Shown here piece by piece: positions 43,073 through 53,846 of a stretch of 64,000 nt of DNA. The position numbers and the translations under genes were made by a program. The stretch is from Andalucia godoyi And28. Lineage: Eukaryota; Protista; Jakobida. The notes under the pieces were generated by a model, which had not been told where the DNA came from, did not search any database, and was given only the letters and a program-made list of their open reading frames with translations. Position 1 is the stretch's first letter. The number at the start of each line of letters is the position of its first letter. The stretch lies in contig VRVR01000012.1 of assembly GCA_009859145.1 (NCBI GenBank), forward strand, positions 316,119 to 380,118. The letters run 5' to 3'.

Positions 43073-46000
43073 TTAAGAAACGTCATATTCGACAGAGTCC
43101 GGCTGCAGAAGCTCCACAGACGACGCCTCGCGATCGAGGCCTTCCACGAGCTGTTCCGGGGCGGACACATCAAGAGCACCGACACTCGGGAAAAGATTCA
43201 CGTACGACGCAATGCTGCACAGTTCCCCGGACTGCAACAGGAACGCCATGAGGTTGCCAGAAGCAGCCACATGCATGCCGTCTCTTGTCAGAATGTCGTG
43301 GGCAAAAAGAAATGGCTCTATTTCTTGGTACCGGGATTGCGCAATGGACACTTCTTCGAATACATCCGGCAATTTTTCAGCCAGCGCACTGCAAACCTCG
43401 GCTTTGTTCCATGCACCCTTTCGCTGCAGAACGCTCACCAGTGCCAAAAACAGAATGCAGGAAACTTCAGAACGCAGCTGTACGTTCGAATCTGAGAGAA
43501 CGGGTTCTGTTCTCTGTTTGGAATATCGATCCAACAACACGGATACAAGGTGGTAGCCCTTCACAACGGATTCCTCCATGCGTGTGGCAGCAGCATCCGC
43601 TGTCACAAGCCGAGGCTTCTTGGCAGGAGCCGGGCGGAGAGGCGCGCCGCCAGATGGATCTTCACTGCGGCTGGCAAGATCCAACAGTCGCTTCGGAACG
43701 ATTGCACGAAATGGGATGCTGCGCCGTATGCTCTCGACCACAACATTCCTTTCCTGCAACTTCAAAAAGTCTTTGCTTTTCCCGACGTGCTGACAGGTGA
43801 TCATGATGCTCGTGACCGAGGCTCCAGGTTTCTTCCCGCCCACCCACGACAACGCTTCGTTCAAATCATTCGATTCATACACAACCTTGATACGCTCTGC
43901 AAACGGTGCAAATGCCGACTCCATCTTTCGAAGAGCATACTCATTTCCGTTGAACTTGAAATTCATGTATCGACTCATGTCAGAGGATGACATGATTTGA
44001 TCATAGCCGGTCTCTTTGAGCACACACATAAAATACAGCAAGTGCGGAATGAACGTCTTCTTGTTTGGAAAACGCACGTTGTGCGAACTGATGATCCGCT
44101 GCACTTCTTGGATGTATCCAAGCTCCTCAACAGTCGTGTAAAAAGACAAGTACTTGGACAGCACGTCGGGAATCGTGGAGGATCGGCCAGAACCGGCGGT
44201 CGTTTCAGCTCTGGAACAATCTGTCGTTGACGTGAAGCTAGTGGATGGCGGTGAAGAAACTGTTGTTGCGCTTGGAATTGCAGGTGCAGAATCTTCAGAA
44301 CGGGGGAGGCTATTCGCGACAACCACATCTTTCGGGGCTTGAGACTCGGAAGAGTGTATATAATTTGGGTCAGGAAGATGATTTGACGCCCCTGGTGCTC
44401 TAACTGGAGCCCAACAGAACGCCTTCACAGCAGCGGAAGCAAGCGCCGATGACAGATTCGACTGCGATACCAGCGATGGAGCGGTGGCAGGGACAGGAGA
44501 AGCCGGAGCACAACGGAAAGCGGTATCGTCGTCCAAGGATTGAAACACGGAGGAAACGGCAGCAGTCCCTGCTGCTGGTGGAGCAGCTGGAGCCGAGATG
44601 CGAGACTGCGATGTTACTGCCAGCGGAGTCGCTGGAATAGGCAACAACGACAGATCTCGTTTTTTGAGCGCAAATTTGATTGACGTCTTGAAGACGATAG
44701 AGAGGGCTGAGTTAATGGCTGAGCATCCATCGTTCCACGAGTAGAATCCCGAAGGCATCGTCGTCAGGAACCCTAGGATTCTAATCCCAGAGAACGCCGA
44801 GTGGAAGCGGTCCAGGTCAGGAGACTGCGAACCAAAAATTGCGAAGCAAACGTCGAAAGCTTCCGATTCTAAAAATGTTCCCAGTAACGTGGAGCACGCA
44901 GCAGCAGCAACAATAACTTTGCGAAGACAAAACTCAACGTTGCGCGAGTCTGCGGAAATAAGCAACCCAAGAACCGTGGACTCGAGTTGCAGAAGTTCAC
45001 CAACATTCGTGATTTCAAAACTGAACCTCGGGGGAACGAAAGACGAGCCAGTGACGGAGGCGGTCAAGGGCAACTGCAGCTTTCGATTACCGGACTGCAC
45101 AGGGGTAAAATTATGACCTGTCGGTAGCAAGACATCGCTGTCTGTCCCACGTTGCATGGCTCGACAGAATTTTTCTGCAAAATCTCGAGCAGACACTTTC
45201 GGAAAATGCGGAAACGATACAGAAGGGATGCAAAGCGGTCGCCGTTCTTGGAGAGCATGCCGGAGAGGATCCAGCGCCGCGATGCCAGCCAATGGATCCA
45301 CGGTAGGGGAAAATTCTGGGACAAGCTTGAACATCGCTGCGATGACCTGCGGATGACTGACGTTCAACGAGCATGTTCTCGATAATTGTTCATAGAAGAG
45401 AAGATCTCTTTGTACCATGACGGCCACAAGCTTGTCTTTGACCCCAACTTCCAGTCGTTCAATCCCATGTTTGGTCATAGTTCGCCTGAGGACATCGCCA
45501 AAAGGGATAGCACCACGAACCTCGTTCTTCATTTCTATCAATGTACTGACGACTGCAGTCACGTTTATAGGCTCTGGAAACGGATCCGGATCCACGTTGA
45601 TCGGTTTGCTGTACCGCACCATCAGCGAGTACGCATTGGAAGAACTGCCCTTGTCATTTCCTTTCGGGAACGAAACTTCTCTAATTTCAGAAAAGTCTAT
45701 GCTGGAAAAGAAGTTCCCTTCCATCACCTTGCTCGTTGATACAAACACGTACGAAAGGAGAAGCGGATTGCTCCCAGAGGACATTGAAAGCGCTGTACGG
45801 AGCACAATGTGGTCTTCGGACAGCACAATGACGCAGTATTTCGGTTTGGCAGACAGCACAATATGGTGTGGCTTTCCAGCGTGTGAGGGCTGGGCGACCT
45901 CCTGTGCCTGTGGAGGCACAAACAATTTTTTCGACCCGGTCATCAGTTGTTGCCGCACCTTCACAAAGCGGACTGTGCGCAGCGCTGACTGGAGAAATCC

Positions 46001-46249
46001 CGGATGTCTGACAATTGCATCGTAGAATTCGTCGTAGATGTCTCCCAGTCCCGATGACTTGGACTGAGGGTCAACCGGCGGAAGAAGAATACGAATGCTC
46101 GTCAGCCTGCCGAACCCTTTCGAAAACGTCAGCAGCGATCCAATCCACGGACTCTTCACAAATCGATGCACGGTCGAGTGAGTGGGCCTTTTGACCGACG
46201 CCGGACAGCTCGCTAGATCCCAGTACACATGAACTTCTGCACCATTCAT
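43073..46249 (-). CDS. Large protein (1058 aa) with an N-terminal NYN/PIN-like domain
   Basis: VHVYWDLASCP resembles the NYN start motif VxWDxENCP; VIVLSED may be the degenerate ISGD motif. Remainder unrecognised. Confidence 0.6.
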   Translation of the reverse strand: MNGAEVHVYWDLASCPASVKRPTHSTVHRFVKSPWIGSLLTFSKGFGRLTSIRILLPPVDPQSKSSGLGDIYDEFYDAIVRHPGFLQSALRTVRFVKVRQQLMTGSKKLFVPPQAQEVAQPSHAGKPHHIVLSAKPKYCVIVLSEDHIVLRTALSMSSGSNPLLLSYVFVSTSKVMEGNFFSSIDFSEIREVSFPKGNDKGSSSNAYSLMVRYSKPINVDPDPFPEPINVTAVVSTLIEMKNEVRGAIPFGDVLRRTMTKHGIERLEVGVKDKLVAVMVQRDLLFYEQLSRTCSLNVSHPQVIAAMFKLVPEFSPTVDPLAGIAALDPLRHALQERRPLCIPSVSFPHFPKVSARDFAEKFCRAMQRGTDSDVLLPTGHNFTPVQSGNRKLQLPLTASVTGSSFVPPRFSFEITNVGELLQLESTVLGLLISADSRNVEFCLRKVIVAAAACSTLLGTFLESEAFDVCFAIFGSQSPDLDRFHSAFSGIRILGFLTTMPSGFYSWNDGCSAINSALSIVFKTSIKFALKKRDLSLLPIPATPLAVTSQSRISAPAAPPAAGTAAVSSVFQSLDDDTAFRCAPASPVPATAPSLVSQSNLSSALASAAVKAFCWAPVRAPGASNHLPDPNYIHSSESQAPKDVVVANSLPRSEDSAPAIPSATTVSSPPSTSFTSTTDCSRAETTAGSGRSSTIPDVLSKYLSFYTTVEELGYIQEVQRIISSHNVRFPNKKTFIPHLLYFMCVLKETGYDQIMSSSDMSRYMNFKFNGNEYALRKMESAFAPFAERIKVVYESNDLNEALSWVGGKKPGASVTSIMITCQHVGKSKDFLKLQERNVVVESIRRSIPFRAIVPKRLLDLASRSEDPSGGAPLRPAPAKKPRLVTADAAATRMEESVVKGYHLVSVLLDRYSKQRTEPVLSDSNVQLRSEVSCILFLALVSVLQRKGAWNKAEVCSALAEKLPDVFEEVSIAQSRYQEIEPFLFAHDILTRDGMHVAASGNLMAFLLQSGELCSIASYVNLFPSVGALDVSAPEQLVEGLDREASSVELLQPDSVEYDVS

Positions 46250-46658
46250 ATCCGTATACAGCGTCGGTCACTCTGACATCCTTCACAAAAGATTTTAATA
46301 ATTATATGAATAATCCAACGCCACAGTCAATGGTCATCCGTACACTAACACATGTGCTCATTTCTCAAAAACAAAAACGACGTCGAGCTCGTACATAATC
46401 CAAATGAAAGACTTGCCTGTTATGTTCTGCTTTCACGAGGTGGAGTTGATGCTTGGCTGGGTTCATTGAGGCTGGCTTTTCGGTGGATTTTGTCGTTACT
46501 AAAAAAGGCAATTTTTCCCGACAAAAAACGGCGAAATTCCCCGATCATGGTGGAATAAGGGGTTTGGTGCGTCTTTGTTTTTCAACGCCCTGCAAAAAGA
46601 AGAAAAAGAAGAAGCAGACGAAGCAGCTGCTTTCTGCTTTAGCGAATTGACTGTGGAA

Positions 46659-46868
46659 ATGAGCTCGCACCAAGGCGCGGACAAGGCCAAGAGTGGGAGT
46701 GTTGATCCGTGCGGAGTGCTTTATGATCTGTATATGAAGTGCGTGGATTCGAAGGGAGGCCATCTGAAGATGAACGATTGCGAAGACGAGGCTGAAAAGT
46801 ACAAGGAGTGTCGCAAAGCTACCCGATCAGCCAAGAGAGCTACTTCAACCACCACCACCATCAAGTAG
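46659..46868 (+). CDS. Small twin CX9C (CHCH) protein, 69 aa
   Basis: CGVLYDLYMKC and CEDEAEKYKEC; ATG at 46659. Confidence 0.7.
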   Translation: MSSHQGADKAKSGSVDPCGVLYDLYMKCVDSKGGHLKMNDCEDEAEKYKECRKATRSAKRATSTTTTIK

Positions 46869-47304
46869 CTGTAAGAGCGACGGACAGTGGGGCAGTGGTG
46901 ACCCCTCCCTAAGACGGACTATCCTGTTGACGACAGCAGCTGTGGGGGGGTTGTGCTTCTTTTGCGGCACCTTGTCCTCTTTAGCTTCTTGTAGAGGAGG
47001 ATGGTTCATAAAAAACCAAAGTAAAATATTATCGTCATTATTTGCTTTCCCTCTGAGCCTTTCGCAGTGAGCAGCACGGATTCGCCCCCCCCGTGCGAAG
47101 GATCGTGGATGACAGCCCTTAGGGAAAGACGGCTGTTGATGGATTCCGACATTCATCGGGGCCGGATAGGAGCAAACAAAAGGGCTCTTGCTCAAAACAG
47201 CAACGAACAAAACAACGCTTCCGAAGCTCCAAAAGAGCGTCCGTTATTCGCCATTTGCATTTCTTGGAGGACTGCATGCGTGCTTTTCGCAAAGAGAAAG
47301 TTTA

Positions 47305-49686
47305 ATGGAGAAAAAACAGGCTCTTGTGTACGAAGTACAAAGCCTTGGATCGGCACCTCTTGAGCCCAAGGTTGGGGCGTCTGCCGTTGTGTATCGAGAC
47401 TCCAAAGTGGTGCTGTATGGGGGATCGCATTCGTCGAATGGGTATTCCGTCGCAGTCTTTGATTCCGATACGGGCGGATGGGAACGGTGTAGAACGAAGG
47501 GAACTCCCCCTGCTAAGCGCTCAGGCCACTCCGCAGTCGTCTATCACAATCGAATGGTATGCATTTTTCCCCTCCTCCTAGTGTTTGTTTTTCTGTCACG
47601 CCTTTGCTGAACACGTATCCACGCGCATTCAGTGCTTACTTGTGTGCTTTCTGTCTCTCTGGCTGTCTGTCTGTCTGTGGGTTAGTTCGTGTTTGGGGGA
47701 CGAATGAAGGTGTTCAGAGATGAATTGTTTCTGAACGATGTCCACGTGTTTGATTTCAAAGACTTTGAGTGGACGAGACTCAAAGCATCGGGCAAGACGC
47801 CGTTTCCGCGGTTTGCACACTCTGCATGCCTGGTCGGGGCAAAGATGTTTGTGTTTGGAGGAGGAGATGGCACGTCGCTTTTCAACGATATGAGTTCGCT
47901 GGATCTGGAATCGTTCCAGTTCGAGCAGATCCATCCGCAGCATCTCTCCACCTCAATTCCTCTGCATCACCAAATTCCAGAAGCTCGTCGATGGCACACG
48001 ATGTTTGCCACAAAGATGTTGGTTGATGGAGAGAGTCAAGATTTTATGGTCTTGTTTGGAGGCCAGAATGCGTCGGGAAAAGCGCTGAACGATCTGTGGT
48101 TGTTTGATGTGCTGCAACGGCGCTGGTCAACGGGGTTTGTGAGTCCGGAGAGCTCGTGGCCGTCTGCGAGGTTCGCACACACGCTGACGTACGTCGAACC
48201 ATTCAGACGAGCGTTTCTTTTCGGCGGATGCGACAATTCCCAAAGCTTGTCGGATTTCTGGTCCATTTCTCTTCCGCAGGCCGCTGAAGGCGATTTTGGG
48301 TGGTCTTGTATTGACTTGCACAGCGAAAAGAAGACGAGAATCGTCGGGCGTCAGGAGCATTGTGCCGCGTGCATTTCTTCGAAACGCAATTCCACAGATG
48401 CGTCGCTTTGCCTACTGTTCGGATGTGCGTTTTCGGGCGAAGCTATCATGTCAGTAATTGGCATTCAGTTGCCAAGCTTTTCAGTGATTGCACAACTCGC
48501 AGTTCCCTCCTCTTCCTCACCCTCTGCTTCTCGTTCGCCGAGTCCCAGCATAAGATCTGTGACCTCCTCGCAGTCGTCTTCTCCTAATTACGGAGGCGAT
48601 GCCGGCGCTATCAATCAGTCCGGCTCCACTGCAAGTCTTCTTGACCAAAGCCTTGAATTGGATTCCTTCCGTCTCGAGCTTCAGGAGTTGAACAGTCGCG
48701 TAGAGGGCGGCATTTCCGTTATTATGGGCATGCTGAAAAAGTTGGAGGGCCGAATGGGAATCGTCGAGTCCCGGCTGTCTGCCTTTGAAGAGTGTCGTTC
48801 GGTTTCTAGCGATTACAATAAGAATCATAACAACATCAATAGTAGTAGTGGTAGCAGCAGTAGTAGTGTCAGTGGTAGTCGTCAGTCAAATCAGAGGATT
48901 GATGCAGTCGTCGACAATGGGGGTAGGACGCAGAATGCTGGAAATGCTGCTTCTGCCCGGAAGGATGAGAGCCAGACGCAGTCTCCGGCTCCGGCTCACC
49001 GCTCACCCTCGCCAGCTCAACCACCGTCACCACCACGGTCACCACCACGATCACCACCACGATCACTGCTGATGAAGCCTGCCCCCGAGGAGACGTCGAG
49101 ATGGCCTGATGGTGAAGGTGCCGCCAAACCGTCTGGTCAATCAGGTTCTGCCACGCAGGAGCAGTCCGAGATTTCCGTCGAGGAAAGCGGTTTCGAGGAC
49201 GAAGATGAGAGTGTGATGGATTTGCAGCGAGAGCGAACCGTGCTTGCACTACGAATCATCAGTGCAGAAGAGCAATTTTCGACATTGCGGCTGGCGACTT
49301 CTCGAGAACATCCTTCGGTTTCGATATCGTTTGCGTGCATCGGGTTGCTGTTTGTCACAGGACAGTACGGCGCCGCTGGCGCATCGTCCTCGGACATCAT
49401 ACATTCTCTTCATGACTTCAGTGACGGACTACGGCGCTTTGCCACGCTTTCCGTGGATCCGTCGCATGCTCTTGATCCGTTTCCATTTTGCAAGGGACTC
49501 CTCAAAGAGATGGAAAAGCTTCCAGACCCCAACGATTTTGTTGAATTTCTGAGCAAGAACAGCAGCAAAGCTGGTGACAAGACGATATTTTCTCGCCTAC
49601 CTCCTGATTCGTCCACCTCGACCACAAGTTCTTCAGTGCGGTACGTGTTGAAAAAGAATTTGCTGGCACTGCTCTCGGACATGTGA
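47305..49686 (+). CDS. Kelch-repeat protein with coiled coil; join(47305..47556,47686..49686)
   Basis: Repeats VLYGG, KRSGHSAVVYHNRM|FVFGG, RFAHSACLVGAKMFVFGG, RRWHT and RFAHT. A 129-nt GTATGC..TAG intron restores a kelch repeat exactly. Confidence 0.88.
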
Positions 49687-49745
49687 TGTGAGTAAAATAG
49701 TCTTATTGTTGTTATCAGCATCATGAAGAATCTCAATTTGGATAA

Positions 49746-52700
49746 TCAATCAGCGTGCTTTCTGTTTTTCTGATATTCAGCCAGAGATACCAGCTCCGGA
49801 CGCAGGCAAGATGCTGTGTGCGAGCCCATCTGCGCAGAACCATTCAGATCCGTCACTCTCACTGCCCTTTGGTCGTGAGGCTTCTGGCGACTGGGAGAAG
49901 GGCTTCGAGTTCGTTTAGGACTCTGGCCTCTCGACTTCCGATCGCGCAATGTTCGAGCCAGCACATAATATTGATACGGCGTTTTCATGGACTCCAGGCA
50001 ATGAATTTTCCGGAGAGCATTCGGTTTTCGGGTTCTTTGAATTGCATCCGACCACGCCTGATCCATGTCTGCTTCCCCGTCTGCATCATTTTTAGCACCG
50101 ACAGCTTCGGAGGTCCGATAAACACTATCCACTGCAGGAACCGGCGCTCGTTCGCTTGATCTCACTGGAGCCGAAGCACTCTCCTGTTCTGCGTGCAGCC
50201 GAGTTCGCGGTGGGCTCGGAGACCGAGGGGGTGGCAATTGCATGGATGTTCCATGAACAACCTCTGTCATTTCCTTGTCTTTTTTGTCTCGTGGTACGAA
50301 AACAGGCAGAGCCTGCCTTTTTCGTGGACCGTCACTTGTTTTCGGACGGGAACCACCTTCCGATGAATGTACAATGACGAGGCCTTCGATCGGTTTCCGT
50401 ATTGCAGTCGCAGCCTCCCGTTCTTCCAAGGATCTTCTTGCACATCCCAAGCTCGTCTTGGGTCGACTGCCTCGAAGATCAGAAGCGCCATCTTCGATCC
50501 GCTGCTGAGAAACTGCGACAGTCAGAACGGCGGTTGCGTGATCCTGCGCGGTTTCTTGGCAGCCAGGATTCTCGCACCCACTTCGAAGCTGGTTCGACCA
50601 TGCTCTAGGACGGTACTCGGGAAGCGACTGCGGTGGCCGTTGCACGGTGGTCTCTGCTGTTGCTACAGAGGAGGATCCACCACTGACAGCGGGCTCGTGA
50701 GCGCCACTTTGCAATGTTGAATCTGCAATTGTAGGGACGAGCACACTCGGAGGCATGCTCACAATTACCGCATTCGGAGAGGATGCCGCAGGGATTTGCG
50801 CGCCTGGGGAGCTGCGGGGTCGTGACTTTTTTTGTTGCGTAGACGGCAATGCGGAGGTGCCATCTGATGGATCCGGTGGGCACACTTGTGAGTGCACAAG
50901 GGATGTCTGGGGCGGTAGCACGAGGAACTTCGATTGGGGATCGCGGAAACTGGGCATGCAGGAAATGCCATCACGATGCGATGACGGCCGCTGGGGTGAT
51001 TGCACCAGTGAGCCGCCATCATGTTGTGTTGCCTTCCGATGCGAGTTTGGATCTGACATCTCGTCCCAGCAGTTTTCCTGAACGCTGCGCACACTGCACT
51101 CATTGCTTGCAATTACTGTGGCAGTTTTTCTGAAACGAACGCTGGCTTCGACTTTGGCGTCATTCTCCGGAGGCAGATCACTGCTTTCACAGAATTCTTC
51201 TGTGTTCACGGAGCCGCTGCTGACATCCTCTCCGTCTAACAGTGAAGCAGGCTCCGCAAGCTTGACGGATTTCCAGCTGACTTGCTTTGCAATACTGTGT
51301 TCCATGTCAACGGTATCACAGCCAGCTGCTCCCCGAAGCGCAGATGGGGATTTTCGCAGAACAGGTTTTGTTTCGTTGTTGTTGAGCGTGTCTTCTGCGT
51401 ACTCTTCGCGTTCCCAGTCTGCGGTTTTCGCTTGACCTGAATCATCAGGGAAGGATATGTTCACTTTTGGGAGCTCCATTTCAAAGCGCACTCCCTTCCT
51501 GCTAATGATATACGAATCCGGCGTCCGCTGACTGCGTGATTCGTTTTGGACGGACTTCCAATCTCGAAGGTCATCAAGGTCGTCATCGCCGTCTGCAGAA
51601 GCTCTTCCGTGGCCATTTTTTTGTCTCCCGTGAGGCGGTCCGTCACGTTCGTCGGACTGCTCGATTTGTCTTGTCGTGCGAACAGCATCGGAAGCGTGTC
51701 GGGATTTCCGGGATCGAACGACTGTCGGAGCAGCAGTCTCCGTTACGTTGCTTGATGAAACCTGGCTGACAAAGTAGTCGACAGCATCTTCCACCGGCAC
51801 CACTCTTTTCGAGTCTCCAAAAAGCGCTCCTCTTGCAATTCTCTCTTGCGTCTTCCTCGTGCGAGAGATGCTGAAGACCTTTTCGAACAGCGTGTCGAGG
51901 AATTCCACGTACTGGCTACCACTGATTCCATCCACCCAAATATCTGTCAACTCAAACATGGACTGGTAGAGCGCCTCGTAGTCCATGTAGCCTTTTCCTC
52001 CCGAATCGGACTCCCAGTCCTCATTTCCAAGGGCCAGCAGTTTGCGCTTTGATTTCCCGGGCAACAACTCTTTGTAAATCGGAATTGCTAAATAGGATAC
52101 ATACTCGTGCTGCGTCAGCTTGTCCGCAGAGGACATTCCGTCATGACAGAGAGACTTCCCGAGCGCCAACCACCATTCATTAATGGAGAGTCTGACTTGC
52201 GAATGAGATTTGATAATGTCTCGCGATCGCAGCGCATCGTTCGTGTAGAAGTCCAAGTTCCCCTGCTTTGTGATGTCGACATTTTGAGCTTCGGTGGGTT
52301 CATCGACCTCCAAAACCACGCTCTCTGACTGCAGAATTGCTTCTACAGCGTTCCGCATCTCCTCCATCCTTCGCCTCCTCAGCTTATGCTTGACTCCGCC
52401 AACCCATTTGGCAATCCTGAAAACAGCGCCAGCAGAGAAGCTTTCCTCCCGAGAAGCTCGCAAGAGTGGATGCTCCGCACCGTGAAACCCAATGTCGGCA
52501 ACTGATGTTCTGCGATTACTACGAACCTTTGTCAGCAGTCGCAACTTGTCACTTTTCAACCTGTGATCGTCCCCCATCGCTTGGCCCCACTCGGCAGCCT
52601 CTTGCGTATGAAGCGCTTTTTTAAACTGTTCTTTGGCAGAGCGCAGGGTCGCCCTTGTGGTTGTCGTTGCATCGATTAGTGCCCATGCGGTTGTTCCACT

Positions 52701-53102
52701 CACGCCTGCAGCCCGAGTACCGCCCACATCCCCGCTCCAGCCCCGAGTCCCGGTCCAATTTCCTCTTTCTGGTGGTATCTCGGCTGACAGCGTACCGTTT
52801 ACGGTTGCAGGGTTGTTTAGCGACACTGCTGACTCTGCCGCATCGTCGTCGCCGTCCTCGTTCAGTAGGTCTTTGACGGTGTTCCGAAATGCTGACGAGC
52901 ACAGTAGCAACTTCCAAGGCATCGCACCGTCTCTCTGCACTCGAAAGGACTGGGAGTAGCCCGATTTCCTGGTTAGCGGCACTGGACTACCTGGTTGCTC
53001 ACCGAAAGCATTGCTACTGGACTCATTCTGATTCGCTGAAGGAGGAGAAATTTGCTTATTCTTGCTGGGATTCACCAGCGATTCTCGCATTAATTGGCTC
53101 AT
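49746..53102 (-). CDS. Large low-complexity protein (1118 aa) with an EF-hand-like island
   Basis: Ordered segment LTQHEYVSYL..EDWESDSGGKGYMDYEALYQSMFELTDIWVDGISGSQYVEFLDTLF. In-frame stop upstream at 53193-53195 supports the ATG. Confidence 0.65.
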   Translation of the reverse strand: MSQLMRESLVNPSKNKQISPPSANQNESSSNAFGEQPGSPVPLTRKSGYSQSFRVQRDGAMPWKLLLCSSAFRNTVKDLLNEDGDDDAAESAVSLNNPATVNGTLSAEIPPERGNWTGTRGWSGDVGGTRAAGVSGTTAWALIDATTTTRATLRSAKEQFKKALHTQEAAEWGQAMGDDHRLKSDKLRLLTKVRSNRRTSVADIGFHGAEHPLLRASREESFSAGAVFRIAKWVGGVKHKLRRRRMEEMRNAVEAILQSESVVLEVDEPTEAQNVDITKQGNLDFYTNDALRSRDIIKSHSQVRLSINEWWLALGKSLCHDGMSSADKLTQHEYVSYLAIPIYKELLPGKSKRKLLALGNEDWESDSGGKGYMDYEALYQSMFELTDIWVDGISGSQYVEFLDTLFEKVFSISRTRKTQERIARGALFGDSKRVVPVEDAVDYFVSQVSSSNVTETAAPTVVRSRKSRHASDAVRTTRQIEQSDERDGPPHGRQKNGHGRASADGDDDLDDLRDWKSVQNESRSQRTPDSYIISRKGVRFEMELPKVNISFPDDSGQAKTADWEREEYAEDTLNNNETKPVLRKSPSALRGAAGCDTVDMEHSIAKQVSWKSVKLAEPASLLDGEDVSSGSVNTEEFCESSDLPPENDAKVEASVRFRKTATVIASNECSVRSVQENCWDEMSDPNSHRKATQHDGGSLVQSPQRPSSHRDGISCMPSFRDPQSKFLVLPPQTSLVHSQVCPPDPSDGTSALPSTQQKKSRPRSSPGAQIPAASSPNAVIVSMPPSVLVPTIADSTLQSGAHEPAVSGGSSSVATAETTVQRPPQSLPEYRPRAWSNQLRSGCENPGCQETAQDHATAVLTVAVSQQRIEDGASDLRGSRPKTSLGCARRSLEEREAATAIRKPIEGLVIVHSSEGGSRPKTSDGPRKRQALPVFVPRDKKDKEMTEVVHGTSMQLPPPRSPSPPRTRLHAEQESASAPVRSSERAPVPAVDSVYRTSEAVGAKNDADGEADMDQAWSDAIQRTRKPNALRKIHCLESMKTPYQYYVLARTLRDRKSRGQSPKRTRSPSPSRQKPHDQRAVRVTDLNGSAQMGSHTASCLRPELVSLAEYQKNRKHAD

Positions 53103-53184
53103 GAGAGCGCTGGCTTTGCTTATTTGCCGCTCGCCCGTTCGTTCGCCCGTAGTGCTGCTTTTTTTTGTTCTTGCTTGGTGGTTT

Positions 53185-53485
53185 GAGAGGATTCACGGTT
53201 TATACTCTTCGGGGACGGGATCCGTTGACGGACCCCCTCAACTGTACCATAGAAGGCTTCCCCTCCGGCAAGCCTCTGAGCATCGGACCCTGTTGTAGTT
53301 TGCAACACAGGGGGGACTTTGACAGACTACGGTCTTTCGGGCATCACATTCGGAGTTTGTGAACACCGTGACATCGTGACAGTGTTCGTCGCCAAGTGAG
53401 TGCTGTCGCAACGGCCACAGTGCGAGGTGGTGCAGACTGCTGAGCTCGTCTTGGAGTTCCTTTAGAAACGTCTCGTGATCCTTTC
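53185..53485 (+). ncRNA. Candidate ~300-nt structured RNA, family not identified
   Basis: 12-13 bp closing helix (53185-53198 with 53473-53485), internal hairpins and two cUNCGg tetraloops, all in an intergenic GC island. Folded by eye only. Confidence 0.35.
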
Positions 53486-53846
53486 TGTAAATAGAATATT
53501 GAATTTTAAAAAAAAAACTGCGGGCCAGAGAGCTGTGCAGAGGTCGTGCCGCAAAAAAATAATAAACAATCGTCTGCTCTGAATGACGTGCAGCGGTGAG
53601 CAGATGAAGTGTCTGTCAGAGCAGAAAAGAATCGGAAAAGGGAGAATAGAAAGAAAAACCGAAGTCTCAACGTCGAAAAACAGTGGTCCTCTTTCATTCG
53701 CAGTTTCGTTTTCTCCTCTCCGGCTTTTTTCTCTTTTGGTGCTTCCGAAGTTTGGTTTTGTCTGTTCCATCCGCCTGCGATACACTGCAGACTCCTGAAG
53801 CCTGGCGATTTCCTCCCCTCTGAAGATAGTGTCTCGAGTGTGAAGC

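Noticed and set aside
53311-53335. GGGGACTTT (reverse of RNase MRP CR-I) and ACAGACTA (group I intron R-like) motifs
   Set aside because: The partner elements (3' GGGGCU of P4; S element GAUAUAGUC) are absent at the required positions, so no family was assigned.
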